The notes under the pieces are model-generated. The model was not told the origin of the DNA. It did not search any database and was given only the letters and a program-made list of their open reading frames with translations. From assembly GCA_946621465.1 (NCBI GenBank), contig CAMOOO010000006.1, positions 21,998 through 85,997 of the forward strand: a stretch of DNA of 64,000 bases. Reading direction: 5' to 3'. This stretch comes from an uncultured Clostridia bacterium (GTDB lineage: Bacteria; Bacillota; Clostridia; Christensenellales; DTU072). This document shows, piece after piece, positions 53,398-64,000 of this stretch (positions are counted from its first letter, which is position 1; every line of letters begins with the position of its first letter). A program made the translations under genes and the position numbers.

Positions 53398-54273
53398 TTA
53401 CTCGATTACCAGTTCTTTTATCGATTGTCCGTCGCGGGTGGGTTCCCATTTATCGGCGAGCTGGACGTTGTTTCTGCCGCCGAGGAACTTAATATGTTTT
53501 ACGTTCTCACAGAAAGAGAAAGCGTATGTTGCTATGGACTTCATCGAGGCAGGGAAAACAAGCTCGGTCATTTTGCTGCAATAGGTAAAGGCATCCTTTC
53601 CGATGGTTTCCAGCCCCTCGGGGAAGGCGAGATTGCCCAGTTCTTCGCAACGATGGAAGGACATTTCTCCGATGTTTTTGAGGGTGGACGGGAGAGTTAT
53701 TTCGGTGATTGCACCGCAGCGGTAAAAAGCACGATTTGCGATATTTACGGTGCCTTCCGGCACGGCATACGTCGTGGTGCCTGTCGGTTGACCGTATCTG
53801 TCGAACTCGATCCCCTTAGCCGTCGGGTAGCAGACCAGCGTCTGCTTGTCTTTGGTAAATAACACGCCGTCTACCGCGGTGAAATACTCGCTGTTTTCGT
53901 CAACGACGAATTCTTTCATCGACTTATTATTGGTCAGCGCCCAGTCCCCTATCTCACGGACGTTTTTGCCGATGTTGATCTTTTGCAAAGTGTCGGTATT
54001 AAAGAGGGAAAAATTCTTAATAACGGTCACCGGGTGTCCGTCGATCTCGTCGGGAATGGTGATCTCGGTACGAGTGGAAACGTCGTTGTAGCCGACGATT
54101 TCAATCTCGCCTGCGTCGTTCAAAGCGTACTTGACTTCTTCTTCCGTTTTATGCGTGGTCGCAAAAAAGCTCTTCCAGTCAATATCGGTCTCCACCGTCT
54201 CCGTCGTTCCGGTGCAGGCAAAAAGCATGGTTGCAAAAAGACAAATCAATACTATAGTCAATATTTTTTTCAT
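53398..54273 (-). CDS. BspA-type leucine-rich-repeat surface lipoprotein
   Basis: Lipobox LFAC. Repeated I..IG..AF..C..L..I..P units (for example IANRAFYRCGAITEITLPSTLKNIGEMSFHRCEEL). 4-bp overlap with the upstream MFS gene. Confidence 0.8.
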   Translation of the reverse strand: MKKILTIVLICLFATMLFACTGTTETVETDIDWKSFFATTHKTEEEVKYALNDAGEIEIVGYNDVSTRTEITIPDEIDGHPVTVIKNFSLFNTDTLQKINIGKNVREIGDWALTNNKSMKEFVVDENSEYFTAVDGVLFTKDKQTLVCYPTAKGIEFDRYGQPTGTTTYAVPEGTVNIANRAFYRCGAITEITLPSTLKNIGEMSFHRCEELGNLAFPEGLETIGKDAFTYCSKMTELVFPASMKSIATYAFSFCENVKHIKFLGGRNNVQLADKWEPTRDGQSIKELVIE

Positions 54274-55958
54274 TGTGTCACCTCCGCTACCGTCGGCTCT
54301 GCCGAGATTTCTTCCACGCCCGGCTCCGGCGTCTCCTTCTTATTAAGCCGCTCGGCGATTTCAACGACGTATCTGTCGTGGTCGGCGCGTTTAAGGTTAT
54401 AGAAGAAGTACGGTATGGTAGAAACGGCAATACTGACGACGCTCAGCGCGATATATACTTTCATGATGGGATAGAAAAGGTTCGGATCGAAGAGGATATC
54501 CCAGTCCGAGGTATAGCCCAGTTTTGCCAAAATCCAGGGCGAGACCAGACCCAAAGCCGTCCCGATGGGGGTGGTGAACCAGTTAAAGATGTTACGCATA
54601 TTGTCCGCACGTTCGCCCGTCTTCCACTGGTGATAAACGAGGATGTCGGAAGACATATTGTTGGTGATGTTTCCGCAAGCGGCGCTGAGGGCGGCACGCA
54701 TAACCATGAGAATAATAAAGATAGGTATGCTCTGGAATTTAAGCGCGATAAAGTAGCTTGCCGTGATAGCGAGCCAAATAGAGCGCATGAACAAAATGCA
54801 CGTACGTTTCTCGAACCTCTTAACCAGTACCGGTGTAAGTAGGTTCCCCAGGACGCTGGTGATTCCGAACAAAGAAATGACGCCGGTCAGCCAGGTCGCA
54901 CGCATTTGATAGATAAGAATAAGGTTGATTACGGTATCGCCCAGACCCATCCACGTTTCAAAGGTTTTGCCCGACTCGACGATCCAGAAATACTTATTCC
55001 GGAGCAATTCTTTTGCCGACTTTTTGAATTCCACCTTCGGCGCGTCTTTTGAACTTTCCGCCGTAACGCGTTCTTTTACGCCGATGAAGAGTAAGCCCAT
55101 AAGCAAGCTGACTACGGCGAAGATCGGCACGAACAAACGGTAGGATTGGATATCGAAGTATCCGCCGGTATAGACGATCAGGATGGGGAACAGGATACGG
55201 AAAATGGAGCGGAACAGTCCGAGGAAGATCGCTCCGATGGAATAATACTTCTGCCGCTCGACCATGTTGGGCGTAATCAATGCGACGATCGCCGTAGGCG
55301 TATCGCTGTAGCAGGCAGTGAAGCGCGCCCTGAGAGTGACTAAGAAATGCAGTAGCACAATCCTCCAGGAGTACTCCATTGTCGTCGGAACGAAGGTCAT
55401 TGCTACGGTAAGCAGTGTAATCGGCACGCCGTAGATAATCATGAACGGTTTATATTTACCGTATTTGGGGCAGAGATTTTTACGCAAAAACCAGTTGACC
55501 AATCCGCCTGCGCCCATGATAACGAGGATGTTACCTACGATACCGGGCAGACCTTTAATGATCGCCTCAAACGGCTTAGACGGGATAAAGTAAAAGGACG
55601 CGCCGACAACGATACATACGCAGTAAGCAATGATGGCATTCCTCGCCTTATTCTTTGGTATTCGACCCATGTTCTCAAAGATAGTCATGGATAGCGACTC
55701 TATGTATAAGGTAGCGTACTTGACAATCAGTGCAATGATGGCAATGATGGTAAAGTCCATCAGTTTGATCTGCATGATTGCGCCGCAGAAGTACCCGGAC
55801 GCAAAGTTGACCGTTTCACCGCAGATAAAAGTAAATCCGCAAATACCCATAACGCCGAAGCAATAGGAGAAGAATTCTTTTAAATTGGTATACTCTCCCG
55901 GTAGCGGCGTTTTCCAACGCTCTTTAAACGTTCCTAAATAACTTTTCAGCTTTCCCAT
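54270..55958 (-). CDS. MFS transporter, glycoside-pentoside-hexuronide (GPH) symporter-like
   Basis: About 12 TM helices. Start placed at ATG 55958 after GGAGG; the ORF-track start 56123 overlaps the GH2 gene. Confidence 0.65.
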   Translation of the reverse strand: MGKLKSYLGTFKERWKTPLPGEYTNLKEFFSYCFGVMGICGFTFICGETVNFASGYFCGAIMQIKLMDFTIIAIIALIVKYATLYIESLSMTIFENMGRIPKNKARNAIIAYCVCIVVGASFYFIPSKPFEAIIKGLPGIVGNILVIMGAGGLVNWFLRKNLCPKYGKYKPFMIIYGVPITLLTVAMTFVPTTMEYSWRIVLLHFLVTLRARFTACYSDTPTAIVALITPNMVERQKYYSIGAIFLGLFRSIFRILFPILIVYTGGYFDIQSYRLFVPIFAVVSLLMGLLFIGVKERVTAESSKDAPKVEFKKSAKELLRNKYFWIVESGKTFETWMGLGDTVINLILIYQMRATWLTGVISLFGITSVLGNLLTPVLVKRFEKRTCILFMRSIWLAITASYFIALKFQSIPIFIILMVMRAALSAACGNITNNMSSDILVYHQWKTGERADNMRNIFNWFTTPIGTALGLVSPWILAKLGYTSDWDILFDPNLFYPIMKVYIALSVVSIAVSTIPYFFYNLKRADHDRYVVEIAERLNKKETPEPGVEEISAEPTVAEVTQ

Positions 55959-55975
55959 TATTCCTCCGCTCTCGT

Positions 55976-58216
55976 TTATTTCTCGCCGAATATTCTCATC
56001 TGTTCTTTGTACCATTTTTCGGCGAACAGCGGTCTGCCGAGCAGAAAATGGTTCTTTCCCTCTCCCTCCGGCGTCTTCCACCTGATAACGAAAAACTTCC
56101 TGCCGCGCCCTTTCATTGAGCATAACGCTATCGATCGGTGCGCTCGGGCGACCCCCTTGCCTTTGGCAACTTCTCGACCCGAAACAGTAACAGTGTACTC
56201 TATTTCTCTGTCTTCGTCAAGGTCACTTACCGCAAAAAGAGTCAATTTCCCATTAAATTTATCCATCATAAGGCATAAAGGCTGCTGACTAACGGTGATA
56301 TAGCGGTAAGCGAGCTTTTTACAAAAGTAATAATCGACAACCGCGTCGGAAAACTGCGGCCAGCAGTCTATGAGGTTCCACCAAATAAGTCCCGACCGCT
56401 CCCCCATGCGACAACGGAAGCTCTCAATAAAATATTTTTTTGCCTCCGCTTGCGTAATTTGACTCATCTCCGAAAAGCGTTCGAGCGAGCGGGGTTTGTA
56501 CCCGAAAAAATACCCTATCTGCCGCGCCATCAGTCCGATGCGATAGGTGTACGGCGAGTCAAAAAGATCGGGCGAAGAGGCGTGATAGAGCCACATTGCA
56601 TTCCCCTTATAGTTCCACAGTTTTTCCTCGGGAATGAACCTTTTTATAGAACGGACGGACGGACAACCGTGGTAGCCGATCTCGCTGACAAAAGTAGCGG
56701 TATTATTGCGGTAGAACTTTCCTTTAAAGTATTTTCGGGGTCCCCAAAGATGTTGTTCGGGAGCAGAAAGTCCATTCTTTACCGCTTCCGGAGAAAGATA
56801 GGGAGAACTGGGCAGATAGGGACGGGAACCGTCTTCTGTCCGTAAAACACCCGGGATGACCTCGCGAGTTAATCTGTTATCGGCAGGATCCAGACCGCCG
56901 CCGAACCATTTTCGGTATGCTACGTCGCATTCGTTGTCCCCTGCCCACAGGCAGAGCGATGGGTGGTTCCTGAGACGCCGGGTCACTTTTCTGACCTCGT
57001 CGGAAAGTTGACTTTTCATCCTGTCCGTCTGCGGATAGATGGCGCACGCCATCATAAAGTCCTGCCAAACGAAAATACCTCTTTCATCGCACCAGTCGTA
57101 GAAATAATCGCTCTCGTACACGCCGCCGCCCCACACGCGGAGCGCGTTACAGCCGCAGTCCCACACAAGGTCCAGAATTGCCGGCATCCGCTCTTTGTCC
57201 CTGCTGTGGAAAGCGTCGCACGGCACCCAGTTGGTGCCCTTTATATAGATCATTTTACCGTTGATAAAAAAGTCGAACCGCCCTCGTTTTTCTTTGGTCG
57301 TCACACTGCCTGCGATCAGCTCCACCGTACGGATACCGTAGCGGAAAACCTTTTCATCGGCGACTTCTCCTTTACAAATCAACGTGACAGTGACGTCGTA
57401 CAGATCAGGCTGACCGTAGCCGCGTACCCACCACAGTTTGGGCGAGGACACCATGATCTCCATCTCACCGCAATCGGACGTCACTTTTTCCCGCGCGGAA
57501 AAAGTGCTTTCGCCGCACCGCCCCTCTACCGCGATTTCACAGTCCTCACCCGCCTGCACGGCGTAGCGAAGCGACAGGGTGGCATTCCTTTTTATTTCGC
57601 GCGTGCGCAAAAAAACGTTTTCGATCCGCTGTTTATTTTTGCGTACGAGAAAGACCTCTTTCCAAATCCCGCCCCCTACGATACGCGGACAGATATCCCA
57701 ACCGAACGTATGCGTGGCTTTTCTGAAGTACAACGCCGGGACGTTGTATTTAAAAGCCTTGGCACTGGGGTCTTTTATCTTTTCCGCTTCGGTCACGACG
57801 GGTAAAAGGTGGACGATCAGTTCATTCTCTCCCTTTCGGGTCCCTGACGCCTTGATTTGGTGTTCCACAAACATATTTTCCGTATGCCCGATCTTTTTGC
57901 CGTTGAGATAGATATCAGCGATGGTGTCGATACCATCGAACAGTAAAAAAGTCTCTTCGTCTCCCCCGCGCTCCGCGTAAAAAACGGTCCGATAAAAGAC
58001 GTGGTAGCGTTCATAAGGGTAGAGTTTAACGAAGTTATCGCCGAAGTACGGATCGGGGAAAAGCCCTGCCCGGACATAGTCGAGGATCCAGTCGCCGGGA
58101 ACGGTGGCAGGCAGACTCCGCTCCGTCAAACTCGTCCATGAGCCGTCCCATGCCTCTCCCCGCTCGCGCGGAACGACTTTTATCTCCCAACCGTCCGTAA
58201 TGCTTTTTTGTTCCAT
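55976..58216 (-). CDS. Glycoside hydrolase family 2, beta-mannosidase-like
   Basis: GTNWVPCDAF, CNALRVWGGGVYESDYFYDWCDERGIFVWQDFMMACAIYP and LWAGDNE motifs typical of GH2 beta-mannosidases. Confidence 0.8.
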   Translation of the reverse strand: MEQKSITDGWEIKVVPRERGEAWDGSWTSLTERSLPATVPGDWILDYVRAGLFPDPYFGDNFVKLYPYERYHVFYRTVFYAERGGDEETFLLFDGIDTIADIYLNGKKIGHTENMFVEHQIKASGTRKGENELIVHLLPVVTEAEKIKDPSAKAFKYNVPALYFRKATHTFGWDICPRIVGGGIWKEVFLVRKNKQRIENVFLRTREIKRNATLSLRYAVQAGEDCEIAVEGRCGESTFSAREKVTSDCGEMEIMVSSPKLWWVRGYGQPDLYDVTVTLICKGEVADEKVFRYGIRTVELIAGSVTTKEKRGRFDFFINGKMIYIKGTNWVPCDAFHSRDKERMPAILDLVWDCGCNALRVWGGGVYESDYFYDWCDERGIFVWQDFMMACAIYPQTDRMKSQLSDEVRKVTRRLRNHPSLCLWAGDNECDVAYRKWFGGGLDPADNRLTREVIPGVLRTEDGSRPYLPSSPYLSPEAVKNGLSAPEQHLWGPRKYFKGKFYRNNTATFVSEIGYHGCPSVRSIKRFIPEEKLWNYKGNAMWLYHASSPDLFDSPYTYRIGLMARQIGYFFGYKPRSLERFSEMSQITQAEAKKYFIESFRCRMGERSGLIWWNLIDCWPQFSDAVVDYYFCKKLAYRYITVSQQPLCLMMDKFNGKLTLFAVSDLDEDREIEYTVTVSGREVAKGKGVARAHRSIALCSMKGRGRKFFVIRWKTPEGEGKNHFLLGRPLFAEKWYKEQMRIFGEK

Positions 58217-58389
58217 AGCCCCATTATACCATAATCAAACTCTCACGACAAGATAGGAAATTTTGAGAGGAATAACACCCTGGCTATTCCGCATTTTACG
58301 CCCCTAGCCCGATGTATCGGGCGAAGAAAGGGATATCACGCATAGCGCCGCGCTTATAATTCCTCTCCTTACGCTCCATACTATACGTA

Positions 58390-61277
<2,888 letters not shown>

Positions 61278-61295
61278 TAAAAGGTCATACCAAAG

Positions 61296-62759
61296 ATGCA
61301 AGTAGGATTTGATAACAAACTTTATCTGCAAAAGCAAGAGGAAAACATCCGGAAACGGATAGATATGTTCCATAATAAGCTTTACCTCGAGTTCGGCGGC
61401 AAACTCTTCGACGATTTGCACGCCGCTCGGGTACTGCCCGGGTACGATCCCAACGTAAAGACCAAACTTCTTTTGAAGTTCAAGGACCAAGCGGAGATCA
61501 TCCTCTGTATCAGCGCACGCGCCCTCGAAGAGCGCAAACGCCGCTCGGACTTCGGGATCACCTACGACGTAGAACTCCTCCGTCTCATGGAGAACCTCCG
61601 CGCCCTCGGCCTGACCGTCAGCAACGTCGTTATTACCATGTTCACCGGTCAGCAGAGTGCTATCGAGCTGAAAGAAAAGCTGGAGCGCAGAAAGGAAAAG
61701 GTCTACATTCATAAACCGACCAAGGGCTATCCCAACGACGTCAATACCATCGTCAGTGACGAAGGGTACGGCGCCAATCCGTACGTGGAGACCACCCGTC
61801 CCCTCGTCGTCGTTTCCGCCCCCGGTCCCGGCAGCGGCAAACTGGCAACCTGCCTTAGTCAGCTCTATCACGAGTATAAAAAAGGCGTTCGCGCCGGTTA
61901 TGCCAAATTCGAGTCCTTCCCTGTTTGGAATCTCCCCCTCAATCACCCGGTCAACATCGCCTACGAGGCTGCGACTGCCGATCTGGAAGATTTCAACATG
62001 ATCGACTCCTTCCACCTCAACGCCACCGGAGAACTGGCTGTCAACTATAACCGTGATATGCAGGTGTTCCCCGTCGTTCGCAATATCCTCTCCCGTATCC
62101 TCGGTGACGATAGCGCCTATCCCTCGCCCACCTGTATGGGCGTCAATATGATAGGATACGCCATCAGCGACCAAGGCGTAGTGGAAGCCGCCGCCAAACA
62201 AGAAGTCATTCGTCGGTACTTCTCCGTCCTGTGCGACTATGCCCAAGGCACTGCCAAGCAGTCGGCGGTAGATAGAGTAACCATGCTGATGAGTAATATG
62301 GGTCTGTCCGAGACCGATCGCCCCATCGTCGAGCCTGCGCGTAAAAAAGCACTCCAACGCGGCGTGCCTGCCTGCGCTCTGCAACTCCCCGACGGCTCTA
62401 TCGTACGCGGCAGAAACGGAAAGGCGCTCAATGCCACCGCCGCCGTCGTCTTCAACGCCATGAAAAAGCACTTCAACGTGCAGCAGAAACTCAACCTGCT
62501 CTCCCCCATCGTTATTGAGCCTATCCTCAATATGAAAAAGGAGATCTACGGCATGAATAACACTGCCCTGACCCTCAGCGAAGCACTCGTAGCTCTCGCC
62601 GTCAGCGCACCGACCAATACCACCATCGACGAGATCGTCAAAAACCTCGACATCCTCCAGGGATGCGAAGCGCATAGCACCGTTATGCTCCCGCAAGCCG
62701 AACTTCAAGCGTTCCGTAAGCTGGGCATCAACATCACCTGCGACCCCGTTTATTGCTAA
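61296..62759 (+). CDS. DUF1846 (UPF0371) family protein
   Basis: N-terminus GFDNKLYLQKQEENIRKRIDMFHNKLYLEFGGKLFDDLHAARVLPGYDPNVK matches the conserved UPF0371 start. 487 aa. Confidence 0.85.
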   Translation: MQVGFDNKLYLQKQEENIRKRIDMFHNKLYLEFGGKLFDDLHAARVLPGYDPNVKTKLLLKFKDQAEIILCISARALEERKRRSDFGITYDVELLRLMENLRALGLTVSNVVITMFTGQQSAIELKEKLERRKEKVYIHKPTKGYPNDVNTIVSDEGYGANPYVETTRPLVVVSAPGPGSGKLATCLSQLYHEYKKGVRAGYAKFESFPVWNLPLNHPVNIAYEAATADLEDFNMIDSFHLNATGELAVNYNRDMQVFPVVRNILSRILGDDSAYPSPTCMGVNMIGYAISDQGVVEAAAKQEVIRRYFSVLCDYAQGTAKQSAVDRVTMLMSNMGLSETDRPIVEPARKKALQRGVPACALQLPDGSIVRGRNGKALNATAAVVFNAMKKHFNVQQKLNLLSPIVIEPILNMKKEIYGMNNTALTLSEALVALAVSAPTNTTIDEIVKNLDILQGCEAHSTVMLPQAELQAFRKLGINITCDPVYC

Positions 62760-62777
62760 ATTATAATTTTTTTAAGC

Positions 62778-62848
62778 ATAGACGCGAGAGGAAAACCTTT
62801 TTAGGCAAAAAGTTTCTTCTTCTCGCGTTCTCTTTTACAAAAACTTTT
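62778..62848. repeat. Long-hairpin intergenic element, copy g
   Basis: CGCGAGAGGAAAACC-TTTTTAGGCAAAAAG-TTTCTTCTTCTCGCG-TTCTCTTTTACAAAAAC. Confidence 0.9.
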
Positions 62849-62861
62849 ACTTCATTAGAGT

Positions 62862-63074
62862 TTACTCTAATCTCCACTTTAAATATAAACCATAGCCACC
62901 AAGGCATTCATCATTTTTGTATTTATCCGCAACAATATTACGATCTTTTAAAGAAAAAAGAAATCTTTTCCCTTCATATGTTACTCCCAAAAGAATGAAA
63001 TCCTCTATGATCAAACCATCATTTTGGGCATATTCTACAACCTTATCCACATATTGTTCCATAATAGTATCCAT
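62862..63074 (-). CDS. Small AT-rich hypothetical protein (start uncertain)
   Basis: The ORF is open to 63305, but its GC-rich 5' part is made of hairpin repeats. The AT-rich part from MDTIMEQYV.. (ATG 63074) gives 70 aa. No RBS seen and no family recognised. Confidence 0.35.
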   Translation of the reverse strand: MDTIMEQYVDKVVEYAQNDGLIIEDFILLGVTYEGKRFLFSLKDRNIVADKYKNDECLGGYGLYLKWRLE

Positions 63075-63343
63075 TATTAACAACGACCATTTTTCAGAAA
63101 CGCTCTGTTTCAACCGTAACCTATTCCAAAAAGATGAATAGTAATAATACCTATCATGTCTCACTACTATAGATTTAAAACAATTAAACCCACAGCTTTT
63201 TGCAATCGAGCCCCCTTTCCTCCCGTCTTTCAGACGGGAAGGGTGTAAATGTATGGATATCTCGCAGAGCGTCGCACCCTTTCTCCGTTCGCGTTGCTCC
63301 CTCAAGGGTGTAAAGATATGATGTAATTCGATTTAATTAGTAG

Positions 63344-63425
63344 AGGTTTTTGTAAAAGGGAGCGCGAGGGAAAGAAACTTTTTTGTCTAAAAAGGTTTTT
63401 CCCTCGCGTATATTCTTATAAAAAA
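63344..63425. repeat. Long-hairpin intergenic element, copy h (inverted relative to g)
   Basis: GGTTTTTGTAAAAGGGAG-CGCGAGGGAAAGAAAC-TTTTTTGTCTAAAAAG-GTTTTTCCCTCGCG-TATATTCTTAT, ending 3 nt before the ABC ATPase stop. Confidence 0.9.
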
Positions 63426-63427
63426 AT

Positions 63428-64000
63428 TTATAAAACTTTTGATAAAAAGCCTTTGAGGCGTTCGTTTTGGGGATTGGCGAAGAACTGTTCCGGTGGAGCG
63501 TCTTCGGCGATTTTGCCCTGATCGATAAAGAGTACGCGAGTAGCAACCTCGCGGGCAAAGCCCATTTCGTGCGTGACGATAATCATAGTCATACCCTCGT
63601 CGGCGATTTGTTTAATGAGGTCGAGGACCTCGCCGACCATTTCAGGATCGAGAGCGCTTGTAGGCTCGTCGAAGAGCATGACTTTGGGGTTCATAGCGAG
63701 GGCGCGGACAATAGCGATACGTTGTTTCTGTCCACCGGAAAGGGTGGAGGGATAGACGTTGGCTTTTTCGGCAAGCCCGATACGCTTTAGTAACTCCATC
63801 GCCCTTGCTTCTGCTGCGGCGACGATTTCCTTTTTACTCTTATAGGCAGGCTGAATGAGCGTTTTCGGGACGGGGTAAGAAACACGCTCGATAAACCGTT
63901 CGGCGTTTTCTATCTCCGTCTGGATCTTGAGACGCTTTTTCGTCAATGCAGGATCGTAAGACACCTGCTTTTTCCCGGCCTTTTCCTCTACCTTTTTGGT
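63428..64000 (-). CDS. Polar amino-acid ABC transporter ATP-binding protein, N-terminus outside the window
   Basis: [36 protein letters not shown] (signature plus Walker B) and the H-loop IVTHEM. The frame stays open to the window edge. Confidence 0.9.
   Translation of the reverse strand, partial: TKKVEEKAGKKQVSYDPALTKKRLKIQTEIENAERFIERVSYPVPKTLIQPAYKSKKEIVAAAEARAMELLKRIGLAEKANVYPSTLSGGQKQRIAIVRALAMNPKVMLFDEPTSALDPEMVGEVLDLIKQIADEGMTMIIVTHEMGFAREVATRVLFIDQGKIAEDAPPEQFFANPQNERLKGFLSKVL

Overview
64-kb chromosomal window that looks like a spore-forming Firmicutes/Clostridia-type genome. Supporting signs are a YyaC homologue, a T-box leader, type-2 GalT, DUF1540 and strong GGAGG ribosome-binding sites; G+C is roughly one half by eye, not computed. 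I support about 45 protein genes. Housekeeping genes: the 3' part of ispDF, rplI, ppiB, ftsH, rmuC, feoAB plus a small Cys-rich ORF missing from the ORF track, gdhA, and a stand-alone trpB2 behind a Trp T-box. Carbohydrate genes: GH27 alpha-galactosidase, GT4, galT, iolE, GH2 and a GPH/MFS transporter. There is also a heavy load of large membrane-anchored surface proteins (2183, 1449, 811, 552 and 504 aa, plus a BspA-type LRR lipoprotein). I saw no rRNA, tRNA, CRISPR array, intact transposase, prophage or recognisable defence-system genes. The most unusual signal is non-genic: a roughly ten-copy family of 70-85 bp intergenic long-hairpin elements whose basal stems differ between copies but stay complementary. 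Inverted tail-to-tail pairs of these elements bracket two visibly AT-rich cassettes (51.7-53.4 kb and 62.8-63.4 kb) and one empty site (0.85-1.06 kb). Other notable items: a second hairpin family (GGGGWCCCC type, including a 3x tandem array), an IS30 carcass whose inverted repeats enclose a GT4 gene, an AT-rich DUF2207 N-domain paralogue wedged into a lemA-DUF2207 operon, a GH27 enzyme with a roughly 140-aa insertion, and a 1449-aa modular protein coupled to cvpA. All family assignments come from motif recognition by eye and need HMM or BLAST confirmation.
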